From NCBI GenBank assembly GCA_018971365.1, contig JAGXAZ010000003.1:1-39125 (forward strand): 39,125 nt of DNA, in the 5' to 3' direction. A model generated the notes under the pieces. The model was not told the origin of the DNA and did not search any database. It saw only the letters and a program-made list of their open reading frames with translations. Each line of letters starts with the position of its first letter. Positions within the stretch are counted from its first letter, which is position 1. Shown here one piece after another: positions 18,508 to 28,784 of the stretch. The position numbers were made by a program, and so were the translations under genes. Origin of the DNA: Gammaproteobacteria bacterium (GTDB lineage: Bacteria; Pseudomonadota; Gammaproteobacteria; Natronospirales; REEB76).

Positions 18508-19029
18508 TCAACCCACGTTCGCGAATCCCGTGCGCTGTTCCTCCCAGCGATCCACCTCGCCGGCCATGGCGCTCGCAGCTTGGACCAGCAACCGGTCGGC
18601 GCGCTCTGTGTCTCCAGCCGCAAGCGCGGCAAACGCCTGCGCCATATTGTCGTCCTGCGGCCCCAGCGCCCCGGCGTCGACCAGCATCCGGTAGGCCTGC
18701 GGCAAGGCGACCAGACAGTCCCTGACCTCGTCCGGAGCCAGTCCCGAGCGCGTGAATACGAGCGCGCACACGGCGATGGGAACCAACTCAAGCTCCTTCC
18801 GGTAAACCGGGGTGTCCGACACTCCAGCCTGATAGCAGCGGGTGAGCGCAGTAACCATGGCCAGCAAAGCCAGCATGCCAGCCATGTCGCGAAACAGGTC
18901 GGGATCACCGCGGGCGGCGGCTACCTGGACTGCTGCCTTGAGGGCCGGACCGGCCAGAAGCCGGTACTCGTCCGGATTCAACAGGCTATCCGCGGGCAGG
19001 AAATCAGGCCGCATTGATTCCATGTTCAC
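18508..19029 (-). CDS. Hypothetical all-alpha protein
   Basis: 173-aa ORF filling the gap between GST and lexA; GTGA overlap with the GST stop (ATG 19023 is an alternative). Confidence 0.75.
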   Translation of the reverse strand: MNMESMRPDFLPADSLLNPDEYRLLAGPALKAAVQVAAARGDPDLFRDMAGMLALLAMVTALTRCYQAGVSDTPVYRKELELVPIAVCALVFTRSGLAPDEVRDCLVALPQAYRMLVDAGALGPQDDNMAQAFAALAAGDTERADRLLVQAASAMAGEVDRWEEQRTGFANVG

Positions 19030-19691
19030 CGGGCACGTCCCACTTCGTCAGCTTCGATGATTTCTTTCTCCAGTCTGGCGGCCGCAACCCACTCGCGTAC
19101 AGCCGGAAACTGTTGCATTTTATTCACATAATCAGCCGCTGTTCCGCTGAGCTGGGTGCCATAGGTCACGAAACGCAGCGCCACCGGAATATACATGCAG
19201 TCCGCGGTCGTGAAGTGACCAAACAGCCACGGTCCGCCTTTGCCAAAGCGTTCCCGACAGCGGCTCCACAGGGCCTGCACCCTCCCGATCTCGCGCTCGA
19301 GTTCCCCCGTGCCTTGCACATGCCGGTCGGTGGCTCGACAATTGAACGGGTACTCACGGCGGATTGCCGGAAAGCCGGAGTGCATCTCGGCGCTGACCGA
19401 GCGCGCTTCCGCGCGTGCTGCCGTGTCCTGCGGCCAAAGCCGGGCTTCGGGGAAACGCTCGGCCAGGTATTCGCAAATCGCCAGTGAATCCCAGATTGCC
19501 AGTCCGTCCGCTTTCAGCACCGGAACCTTCCCGGTCGGCGCGTGCGCGAGCAGCTTCTGCTTGTACCCGGGCACGTCCAGCGGCACCACGATCTCCTGAA
19601 AAACTGCCTGCGTGTGCTTGAGCGCCAGCCACGCGCGCATGGACCATGACGAGTAAGCCTTGTTGCCGATCACCAATTGCATCTGTTCCAT
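19026..19691 (-). CDS. Glutathione S-transferase family protein
   Basis: LVIGNKAYSSWSMRAWLAL, PTGKVPVL, WDSLAICEYLAE, AEMHSGF, WLFGHFTTADCMY. TTG 19709 is an alternative start. Confidence 0.93.
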   Translation of the reverse strand: MEQMQLVIGNKAYSSWSMRAWLALKHTQAVFQEIVVPLDVPGYKQKLLAHAPTGKVPVLKADGLAIWDSLAICEYLAERFPEARLWPQDTAARAEARSVSAEMHSGFPAIRREYPFNCRATDRHVQGTGELEREIGRVQALWSRCRERFGKGGPWLFGHFTTADCMYIPVALRFVTYGTQLSGTAADYVNKMQQFPAVREWVAAARLEKEIIEADEVGRAR

Positions 19692-19705
19692 ATCGAGGTC
19701 CCGCT

Positions 19706-20698
<993 letters not shown>

Positions 20699-20748
20699 GC
20701 CTCACCTCCGGAAAAACACACTTGGCATGTATTTTACTCCGGCCGGCT

Positions 20749-23085
20749 TCAAAGCTTCGCGTAACGCAGACGCAAGGCGTTAGCAATCACGGACACCGAA
20801 CTGAAAGACATGGCGGCCGCCGCAATCATCGGTGAGAGCAGCCAACCAAAGAACGGATACAACACCCCCGCGGCCACCGGTACGCCCGCACTGTTGTAGA
20901 GGAATGCCCACAGCAAATTCTCGCGGATGTTGCGCACCGTCGTCTGCGACAGCCGGCGTGCACGCAGCAGTGCGCGCAAATCGCCCTTCACCAGCGTCAC
21001 CGCCGCGGTTTCCATGGCAATGTCGGTGCCACTGCCCATGGCGATACCCACATCGGCCGTGGCCAACGCCGGCGCGTCATTTACGCCGTCGCCGGTCATC
21101 GCGACTTTGCGGCCGTCATTGCGCAGACGCCGCACGATCTCGGCCTTGCCTTCGGGCGATACGCCGGCCATGACTTCATCGAGTCCGAGCGCAGCCGCCA
21201 CGGCGTGCGCTGTGGTTTCGTTGTCGCCGGTGACCATTACCAGTCGCAATCCGGCACGGTGCAATCCGGCAAGCGCCGCGGGTGTGGTCCGCTTGACCGG
21301 ATCGGCTACGGCGATAAAGCCTGCAACCGCGCCCTCCATCAGCACATACATGACCGTGGCGCCTTGCCGGCGTTGTGCGTTCACGGCCTCGGCCAGCCCC
21401 GACACGTCGGCCTTGAGCGCGGTGGCCAGCTTGTCATTGCCCAAAGCAACGGCTTTGCCCTCGACCTCGCCTTTCACGCCCTGGCCGGTGATGGATTCAA
21501 AGTGCGCCGCTTTGCCGATGGACAGCCCGCGTTCCCGCGCGCCGCTAACGATTGCGGCAGCGAGCGGATGCTCGCTGGCCTGCTCCAGTGCCGCCGCCAA
21601 TGCCAGCAGCTCGTCTTTTGGGAATTGACCGGCGGATTCCACGGCCACCACTTTGGGTTTGCCTTCCGTAAGTGTTCCGGTCTTGTCCAGCAACAGGGTG
21701 TCCACTTCGCGCAAGTGTTCCAGCGCCGCCGCGTCGCGGAACAGTACGCCCGACTGCGCGCCTTTCCCCATGGCCACGACGATGGAGATCGGTGTGGCGA
21801 GTCCCAGGGCGCAGGGACAGGCAATGATCAGTACCGCTACCGCGTTGACCAGCGCATGCGCCAAGGCGGGCGATGGTCCGGCAAAGTACCAGACAACGAA
21901 AGTAAGCACCGCGATCAATACCACCGCAGGTACAAACCAGCCGGACATTTTGTCAGCCAGCGACTGAATTGGCGCACGGCTGCGCTGCGCCGCAGCGACC
22001 TGCGCCACGATGCGTGCGAGCAGCGTATCCGCACCCACCTTTTGCGCGCGCATTACCAGACTGCCGGTGCCGTTGAGCGTGCCGCCGGTGACCGCATCAC
22101 CCGCGCGCTTGGCTACCGGTAATGACTCACCGGTCACCATGGACTCGTCCACGGCGCTTGCGCCCTCGTCCACCACGCCGTCCACCGGAAGTTTTTCGCC
22201 CGGCCGCACACGCAGACGGTCGCCCACGTGCACTTCGGCGAGGGGCACATCCCGCACACTGCCGTCGGCAGCGATGCGATGTGCTACGGGCGGTGCCAGA
22301 TTCAACAGGGCGCGAATCGCCGCCGAAGTCGAATGACGTGCTCGCAATTGCAGGACCTCGCCGAGCAGCACCAGCACCGTGATTACGGCGGCGGTCTCGA
22401 AATACACCGGCAGCATGCCGTCGGGCATGCGGAAGGTTTCGGGAAACATCTGTGGAAATGCGAGCGTGATGACGCTGTAGCCATACGCCACGGCCACGCC
22501 CAGACCAATGAGCGTGTACATGTTCAGGCTGCGGTTCCGCAGCGAATTCCAGGCGCGCACGAAAAACGGCCAGCCGCCCCAGATTACTACCGGCGTTGCC
22601 AGCGCGAACTCCAAAATTCCCCAGGCGGACGCCGGCAATAGCGACGGCCACGGCCGCATGAGCCATGCACGCATGGCGATCACCACCAGTGGTACAGTCA
22701 ACACGACGCCAACCCAGAAGCGCCGGGTCATGCTCCGCAATTCCGGATTGGCCTCTTCCGCTTGTGCCGGCGTCATCGGCTCCAGTGCCATGCCACAGAT
22801 CGGACAGGCGCCGGGCGCATCGCGCACGATTTCCGGATGCATCGGGCAGGTCCACAGCTGTTTGGCAGTCGCCACCGGCATCACCGGCTCCAGAGCCATG
22901 CCGCATTTCGGGCAGGCGCCGGGGCGGTCCGCAATTACGTCCGCGTGCATGGGACAGGTGTACTGGACGGCCTTGCTTGCGGGTATGGCAGCACGTGCCT
23001 CAGGCACGGCGGACACGTGGCGGCACGCAGACTCGCGGTGCGCGCCGTGGTGCGCATGATTGCGCGTGTGAGTGTGGCCTGACAT
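20749..23085 (-). CDS. copA: Cu(I)/Ag(I)-translocating P1B-type ATPase
   Basis: [31 protein letters not shown], transmembrane YN and MSFSS; His-rich N-terminus plus two CPMH...CPxCGM metal-binding repeats. Confidence 0.95.
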   Translation of the reverse strand: MSGHTHTRNHAHHGAHRESACRHVSAVPEARAAIPASKAVQYTCPMHADVIADRPGACPKCGMALEPVMPVATAKQLWTCPMHPEIVRDAPGACPICGMALEPMTPAQAEEANPELRSMTRRFWVGVVLTVPLVVIAMRAWLMRPWPSLLPASAWGILEFALATPVVIWGGWPFFVRAWNSLRNRSLNMYTLIGLGVAVAYGYSVITLAFPQMFPETFRMPDGMLPVYFETAAVITVLVLLGEVLQLRARHSTSAAIRALLNLAPPVAHRIAADGSVRDVPLAEVHVGDRLRVRPGEKLPVDGVVDEGASAVDESMVTGESLPVAKRAGDAVTGGTLNGTGSLVMRAQKVGADTLLARIVAQVAAAQRSRAPIQSLADKMSGWFVPAVVLIAVLTFVVWYFAGPSPALAHALVNAVAVLIIACPCALGLATPISIVVAMGKGAQSGVLFRDAAALEHLREVDTLLLDKTGTLTEGKPKVVAVESAGQFPKDELLALAAALEQASEHPLAAAIVSGARERGLSIGKAAHFESITGQGVKGEVEGKAVALGNDKLATALKADVSGLAEAVNAQRRQGATVMYVLMEGAVAGFIAVADPVKRTTPAALAGLHRAGLRLVMVTGDNETTAHAVAAALGLDEVMAGVSPEGKAEIVRRLRNDGRKVAMTGDGVNDAPALATADVGIAMGSGTDIAMETAAVTLVKGDLRALLRARRLSQTTVRNIRENLLWAFLYNSAGVPVAAGVLYPFFGWLLSPMIAAAAMSFSSVSVIANALRLRYAKL

Positions 23086-23141
23086 TGGGTACTCCGTGTG
23101 CAGGTTATGCAGCGCCTTCGCAACTCAGCGTCTGAGGATGC

Positions 23142-23420
23142 TCATGAAGCTCCGAAGCGCTTGAGGAGATCGTACAGCTCGGCCAGTTTCGCCTGGCGCT
23201 CACTCCGGTCGCCGCTCTTGATGGCGCCCGCCACGCAGTGTTCGATGTGGCTCTTGAGAATTTCCTGCTCCGTACTGCGCAGCGCCGCCTGCACCGCACG
23301 CATCTGCGTGAGGATATCTGCACAGTAGCGGTCGGTTTCCACCATGCGCAGCAATCCGGCCACCTGGCCATGAATGCGTTTCAGGCGCGGGAGCTGAGAC
23401 TTATGACTGGGGTGTGTCAT
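23142..23420 (-). CDS. csoR: CsoR/RcnR-family metal-sensing repressor
   Basis: RLKRIHGQVAGL, RYCADILTQ, LKSHIEHCV (C-H-C ligand set); immediately upstream of copA. Confidence 0.88.
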   Translation of the reverse strand: MTHPSHKSQLPRLKRIHGQVAGLLRMVETDRYCADILTQMRAVQAALRSTEQEILKSHIEHCVAGAIKSGDRSERQAKLAELYDLLKRFGAS

Positions 23421-23425
23421 GCTAT

Positions 23426-23447
23426 ATACCATACCCCCCTATGGTAT
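23426..23447. promoter_or_regulatory. CsoR/RcnR-type operator
   Basis: Perfect inverted repeat ATACCATA-CCCCCC-TATGGTAT: AT-rich arms flanking a C6/G6 tract, the known architecture of CsoR/RcnR operators. Confidence 0.9.
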
Positions 23448-23456
23448 GTGCGTCAA
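23428..23456 (-). promoter_or_regulatory. sigma70 promoter of csoR-copA overlapping the operator
   Basis: TTGACG (23456-23451), 17 nt spacer, TATGGT (23433-23428), then 7 nt to the ATG. Confidence 0.7.
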
Positions 23457-23686
23457 CGCTGGTGCATGAGTTCCTGAATCGATTCGATTCAAAGACGCTG
23501 ACCAGACTGCTCTCAACCGTTGGAGAGGCAAATACGCCATTCCGTGGCCGTGCGGCTGCGACGCACGTTTTGTCGCCAGATGCCGCGACCGGTCTGCCTC
23601 GCGACCAAGAAGTCGCTCCCGGTCAAGGAAAATTGCGGTCCGATCTGGGCGCAGAGCACAGGACGTGCGGACCGTCGGATCGCGCC

Positions 23687-26600
23687 CTATTTGTCTCCGA
23701 GCGAAAGCAGCGTGGCATTGCCGCCCACAGCCGCGGTGTTTACGGTTACGGTGCGTTCCGTGGCGAAGCGCAACATGTAATGCGGCCCGCCGGCCTTGGG
23801 ACCGGTGCCGGACAGCCCCTGGCCGCCAAACGGCTGCACGCCCACCACTGCGCCGATGATGTTGCGGTTGATATAGACATTGCCCACGCGAATGCGCCGC
23901 TGGATGTACTGCGCCTGCGAATCAATGCGCGATTGCACGCCCAGCGTCAGGCCAAAGCCGGTGCGGTTGATGCTTTCGATTACCGCATCCAGTTCCGACG
24001 CCTTGAAGCGGATCACGTGCAGCACTGGGCCGAAGACCTCGTGCTTGAGAATATCCAGCGACGGCAGTTCCACTGCCATGGGCGCCACAAACGTACCGTT
24101 TGCGCACGCCGCGGGAATCCGGAGTTCCCGCAATACCTTGCCTTGCGTCGCAATCCACTGCTTGTGGGCGTCCAAATCCTTTTTTGCCGCGGCGTCAATC
24201 ACCGGGCCCACGTCGGTATCCAGGAACGCCGGATCGCCCAAGCACAATTCATCGAGATAACCGGTAAGCACTTCGATGACGCGCGGCGCGATTTCCTCCT
24301 GCACGAACAGTACGCGCAGCGCCGAACAGCGCTGACCGGCGCTGTTGAAGGCGCTGGCCACGACGTCGAGCACCACCTGCTCGGGCAGTGCCGAAGAATC
24401 CACGAGCATGGCGTTTTGGCCGCCGGTTTCTGCTATCAAAACAGGAATGATGCCGTCGCGGTTGGCGAGCGTCTGGTGAATGACCTTGGCGGTCGAGGTG
24501 GAGCCGGTGAAAGCCACGCCGGCAATGCGCGGGTCGGCCACCGCATGCTGGCCCACCACCGAGCCGCGACCCGGAATGAAATGCAGCACCTCGCCCGGCA
24601 CCCCCGCCTGGTGCAACAGGCGAATGGCGCGCGCGCCGATCAGCGAGGTCTGTTCCGCGGGTTTCGACAGCACCGCGTTGCCCGCCGCGAGTGCGGCGCC
24701 CACCTGCCCGGTGAAAATCGCCAGCGGGAAATTCCACGGGCTGATGCACACGAACACGCCGCGGCCCTGCAACCACAGTTCATTGGATTCGCCCGTCGGC
24801 CCCGGCAGGCGCTGCGGCTTGCCGAAATCCTCTTCGGCGCGCAGCGCGTAATAGCGCAGGTAATCCACCGCCTCGCGCACTTCCGATACCGCATCCAGAA
24901 TGGATTTGCCCGCCTCGCGCACGCACAGTGCCATGAGTTCGGCCGTATGCTCCTCGAAAAGATCCGCCCCGCGGCGCAGGATGCGCGCGCGTTCTCCGGC
25001 TGGCGTCATGTCCCACTGGGGCTGGGCCCGCGCGGCGATATCCACCGCCTTGCGGATCGTCCCTGCATCCGCTGCGTGGATAATGCCGATGGTCTGGCGA
25101 TTGTCGGCAGGATTGAGCGAGGGCTTCTCCTTGCCACTCAACACTTTGCCGCCCACGATGGGTGCGGCGCTCCACTCCCGCTGCATGGCTTGCTGCATGT
25201 CCTGCGCGAGCTTGCCCAGTACCTCCACGTCTGCGAGATTCAGGCCGCGGGAGTTGCGCCGCTGCGGGCCGTAGATGTCGCGCGGCAGCGGGATCCGCGG
25301 ATGCGGTTTCACCGCAAGCGCCTCCACCTCCGCCACCGGATCAGCCACGATGGATTCCAGCGTAACCTTTTCGTCAATGATGCGGTTCACGAACGAGGTG
25401 TTGGCGCCGTTTTCCAGCAGGCGACGCACGAGGTACGGCAGCAGATCTTCGTGGCTGCCGACCGGCGCATACACGCGGCAGTTGAGATTAAGCTTGTCCT
25501 GGCCCACCACTTCCGCGTACAGCTCCTCGCCCATGCCGTGCAGGCGCTGGAATTCGAATTCCGGACTGTCGCCGGCCAATTCCAGCACGCTCGCCAGCGT
25601 CTGTGCGTTGTGGGTGGCGAACATGGGATAAATCACGTCACGGTCCGCGAGCATCTTGCGCGCACAGGCGAGATAGGACACGTCCGTATTCGGCTTGCGC
25701 GTAAACACCGGATAGCCGTCCAGGCCGCGCTCCTGGGCGCGTTTGATTTCGCTGTCCCAGTAGGCACCCTTGACCAGCCGCACCGGGATGCGGCGCCCGC
25801 CTTCGCGGGCGAGCGCAATCAGCCAGTCCAGCACACGCAGCGTGCGTTTCTGATAAGCCTGCACCGCCAGGCCGAAACCTTCCCAGCCTGCGAGCGCAGG
25901 TGAGCGGTACACCGCTTCGATAACATCGAGAGAAATATCCAGGCGGTCGGCCTCTTCCGCATCCACCGTCAGGCCCATGCCGTATTGCTTCGCACGCTCC
26001 GCCAATGCCAGCAGTTTCGGCGCGAGTTCGCGCATCACGCGCGCACGTTGCACCAGCTCGTAGCGCGGGTGCAACGCGGAAAGTTTCACGGAAATGCCGG
26101 GCGTGGCGAACACGCTGGTGTTTTCCCCCACGCTGGCGCCGATGGCATCGATCGCGCGGCGGTAATCCTCGAAATAGCGCTGCGCGTCCGCGGCGGTAAG
26201 CGCGGTTTCCCCCAGCATGTCGTAGGAATGCCGGAATTGCCGATACTCTTCGCTCCTGGCGCGCTTCAGGGCCTCCTCAATCGTGCGACCCATGACGAAT
26301 TGATGGCCCATGATGCGCATCGCCTGGCGGAAGGCGGCGCGGATCACCGGTTCGCCGACGCGCGCCACCAGCATGGCCATGTACTTGGAAAGGTTTTTCT
26401 CGACGCTCTGATCCAGCGCGATGATCTTGCCGGTGAGCATCAGGCCCCAGGTGGAGGCGTTCACAAAGCTGGAAGGACTCGCGCCCAGATGTTCTTGCCA
26501 CTTGCCGGTGACAATCTTGTCGCGGATCAGCTTGTCGGCCGTGTCCGCGTCCGGGATGCGCAACAGCGCTTCCGCCATGCACATGAGCACCATGCCTTCC

Positions 26601-26878
26601 TGCGAGGACAGGTCGTACTGGCGCAGGAATTCCTCCACCCCGCCCTTGGGCTTGCGGTTCTTGCGCACCGCCTGTACGAGTGCGGTGGCGCGTTGCCGGA
26701 TGCGCTCGCGCGCGGGCGCATCCAGTTGCGCCTGCGTTAGCAACGCCTCCACGCAACGGGTTTCGTCGGCCAGATACAGCTCGTTGATGGCGGCGCGCAG
26801 CGGCTTCAGTGTGAGCGGCGTGCCCGCGAATACGAAGGATGCCGGGGTGGCGGCTGAGGAGTCAGCGGGCTGATACAT
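23687..26878 (-). CDS. putA: Bifunctional proline dehydrogenase / P5C dehydrogenase PutA (no N-terminal RHH domain)
   Basis: SYDMLGE, SVKLSALHPRY, VDAEE, RLVKGAYWD, ATHN, RRLLENGAN; ISPWNFP, FTGS, AETGG, SAGQRCSALR. ATG 26878 with GGAG RBS. Confidence 0.97.
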   Translation of the reverse strand: MYQPADSSAATPASFVFAGTPLTLKPLRAAINELYLADETRCVEALLTQAQLDAPARERIRQRATALVQAVRKNRKPKGGVEEFLRQYDLSSQEGMVLMCMAEALLRIPDADTADKLIRDKIVTGKWQEHLGASPSSFVNASTWGLMLTGKIIALDQSVEKNLSKYMAMLVARVGEPVIRAAFRQAMRIMGHQFVMGRTIEEALKRARSEEYRQFRHSYDMLGETALTAADAQRYFEDYRRAIDAIGASVGENTSVFATPGISVKLSALHPRYELVQRARVMRELAPKLLALAERAKQYGMGLTVDAEEADRLDISLDVIEAVYRSPALAGWEGFGLAVQAYQKRTLRVLDWLIALAREGGRRIPVRLVKGAYWDSEIKRAQERGLDGYPVFTRKPNTDVSYLACARKMLADRDVIYPMFATHNAQTLASVLELAGDSPEFEFQRLHGMGEELYAEVVGQDKLNLNCRVYAPVGSHEDLLPYLVRRLLENGANTSFVNRIIDEKVTLESIVADPVAEVEALAVKPHPRIPLPRDIYGPQRRNSRGLNLADVEVLGKLAQDMQQAMQREWSAAPIVGGKVLSGKEKPSLNPADNRQTIGIIHAADAGTIRKAVDIAARAQPQWDMTPAGERARILRRGADLFEEHTAELMALCVREAGKSILDAVSEVREAVDYLRYYALRAEEDFGKPQRLPGPTGESNELWLQGRGVFVCISPWNFPLAIFTGQVGAALAAGNAVLSKPAEQTSLIGARAIRLLHQAGVPGEVLHFIPGRGSVVGQHAVADPRIAGVAFTGSTSTAKVIHQTLANRDGIIPVLIAETGGQNAMLVDSSALPEQVVLDVVASAFNSAGQRCSALRVLFVQEEIAPRVIEVLTGYLDELCLGDPAFLDTDVGPVIDAAAKKDLDAHKQWIATQGKVLRELRIPAACANGTFVAPMAVELPSLDILKHEVFGPVLHVIRFKASELDAVIESINRTGFGLTLGVQSRIDSQAQYIQRRIRVGNVYINRNIIGAVVGVQPFGGQGLSGTGPKAGGPHYMLRFATERTVTVNTAAVGGNATLLSLGDK

Positions 26879-26931
26879 GCCTGCTCCAGGATAGGGAACC
26901 ACCCGGCCGGAGATTCGCGGCCAGGCACACA

Positions 26932-27705
26932 TTATTTTACTGAATCGGCGCGGGAAAAGCCGTGCGCCTGCGTCGGTATCGTCAATCGATGCTGGCGAAG
27001 ACGCGCGTAGAACGGCTGGCATTCCCCGGAGAGACGCGCTTGAAATGCCGTCAGGTGCGTCGCCCGCGGCCGGTACGGTTCGAAACCGGTGGAACGCTCG
27101 ACCGCTGCGTACCAGTGTTTCGCCCACACGCCGTCGCTCGCGCGCGGACCGGCCGGCCAGTGCAGCATGCGTGCGGAAAACTCCACGTCCAACCGCGCAC
27201 ACAGCGCGTGCAGCATGCCTTCGGGATCGCGCAGCACATCCTCGGCGTCCAGCACCGGCGGCGTGCCGCGACGTTCCGCGACGTAATCAAACAGGCGTGC
27301 CTGCTGCTCGTAGCCCAGTTCCCACAGCGCCGCGTCCGGACGATTCTGCGTGAACGAAGCGACTACTGCTTCCGGCGCACGGATGAGAAAACAGTTGTGC
27401 AGACCGTCCAGCCACGCGAGCGGCATGCCGGCCAGTACGTGCTGGGTCATGTGCTTCTGATACCAGATCGGTTTGCCCTGGGGTACTGGACCGGTGAGCA
27501 TGCGCGTGACCTCGCGCCAGTCGCTGCTCTGCGCCGCCAGCACTTCCTCGCGGCCCGGATGCGGCACGCCGGTCTCAAGCAGGTAATGTGCGTACAGCGG
27601 CTCATCGGTCACCGCGGTGTCGCCGCGGTTCTCCCAGGCACGCATCATGGCGGTGGAAATATTGCGCGGCCCGGACCACATGGCGATCCTGAGCGGCGCA
27701 TTCAT
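26932..27705 (-). CDS. Sulfotransferase-like P-loop protein (family associated with BCAT-like enzymes)
   Basis: IAMWSGPRNISTAMMRAW (5'-PSB-like loop), DEPLY, YQKHM, FLIRAP..VVAS (3'-PB-like), DGVWAKHWY..V..STGF; ATGA overlap with the upstream gene. Confidence 0.8.
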   Translation of the reverse strand: MNAPLRIAMWSGPRNISTAMMRAWENRGDTAVTDEPLYAHYLLETGVPHPGREEVLAAQSSDWREVTRMLTGPVPQGKPIWYQKHMTQHVLAGMPLAWLDGLHNCFLIRAPEAVVASFTQNRPDAALWELGYEQQARLFDYVAERRGTPPVLDAEDVLRDPEGMLHALCARLDVEFSARMLHWPAGPRASDGVWAKHWYAAVERSTGFEPYRPRATHLTAFQARLSGECQPFYARLRQHRLTIPTQAHGFSRADSVK

Positions 27706-28628
27706 ACCCGCGGTCCCCGGGCACTCTCCTTGGCCACCAACGCCATATAAAGGTGCTGCAAGCGTTGTATTATCGCGCCGCGTGTGCCCGCGCCGATCAC
27801 ACGTCCGTCGATCTCGCTGACCGGCACCACACCGGCAAAGGTGCCGGTGACGAAGGCTTCGTCCGCGGCGTACACGTCGGTGAGACTGAAATCCTTTTCT
27901 TGAGCGGGAATCCCGTGTTCACGGCACAGGCGCAATACGTTGGCCCGGGTAATGCCGCCCAAACAATACTTGCCGCTCGAAGTCCAGATCTCGCCCTTGC
28001 GCACCATGAAGAAGTGAGTTGAATTGCAGGTCGCCACGAAGCCGTGCGGATCGAGCATCAGCGCTTCGTCATACCCAGCCTTGGTGGCCTGGATGCAGGC
28101 CAGGATGTCATTGAGCTTGGAATGGCTGTTGAGCTTCGGGTCCTGCACGTCCGGAGGCCCGCGGCGCACGTGCACCGTGAACAGGCGAATGCCCTGCTCC
28201 ACCGTGGCCGGCAACGGTTCCTTGTACTCGGGAACGATCACGATCGTCGAGCCTGAAATGACAAAGCGCGGATCCTGGTGCGGCGTCGCCTTCACACCGC
28301 GCGTCACCATCAGGCGTATGTGCACGTGGTCGCGCATGTGATTCGCGCGCAGCACCGCGAGCACACGCTCGATCAACTGCGCGCGCGTCAGCCCGATATC
28401 GAGGTCAATCGCCTTGGCGCCCTCGTAGAGCCGGTCCAGGTGCATATCGAGAAACGGCAGACCGCCGTCGTGCAGGCGTAGCCCTTCCCATACGCCGTCG
28501 CCCAGCACGAAACCGCTGTCGAACACCGACACCCTGGCCTCGGCGCGCGACACCAGCTCGCCGTTGATACTGACCTTGATGTCCGCGTTGCGCGCATCAG
28601 GCCGGAAATCATGCGTACCCTTCGCCAT
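27702..28628 (-). CDS. PLP fold-type IV (aminotransferase class IV / BCAT-like) protein with non-canonical active site
   Basis: VSVFDSGFVLGDGVWEGLR, HLDRL, IRLMVTRG, DEALMLD, LGGITR, ADEAFVTGT. Confidence 0.9.
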   Translation of the reverse strand: MAKGTHDFRPDARNADIKVSINGELVSRAEARVSVFDSGFVLGDGVWEGLRLHDGGLPFLDMHLDRLYEGAKAIDLDIGLTRAQLIERVLAVLRANHMRDHVHIRLMVTRGVKATPHQDPRFVISGSTIVIVPEYKEPLPATVEQGIRLFTVHVRRGPPDVQDPKLNSHSKLNDILACIQATKAGYDEALMLDPHGFVATCNSTHFFMVRKGEIWTSSGKYCLGGITRANVLRLCREHGIPAQEKDFSLTDVYAADEAFVTGTFAGVVPVSEIDGRVIGAGTRGAIIQRLQHLYMALVAKESARGPRV

Positions 28629-28784
28629 GGTTCTGCTCCGCTGCCCGCAGCGCCGGAAAGGCTGCCTATTTTACTGATTTCACCGCCGACACCGCGTCCT
28701 ATCCGGTGTCAACCACCAGGCTTGCTTTCCGCGGCGGCGCTCTTTACCGTGTGCACCTGCTTTTTCCCCCACAGGATTGTCCTC

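Noticed and set aside
18453-18908. Apparent 150-aa N-terminal extension of LexA in the ORF track
   Set aside because: It overlaps the hypothetical gene in another frame and spans the SOS box; LexA homology starts at MRELTARQ (18452).
22770-22965. Tandem repeat at the 5' end of copA
   Set aside because: Explained by two ordinary CPMH...CPxCGM heavy-metal-binding repeats.
23414-25903. 829-aa plus-strand ORF
   Set aside because: Antisense shadow of putA; no motifs, and long stop-free antisense frames are expected in high-GC coding DNA.
26879-27202. Apparent N-terminal extension of PutA as a possible DNA-binding domain
   Set aside because: It overlaps the sulfotransferase-like gene, does not resemble an RHH domain, and a good RBS precedes ATG 26878.
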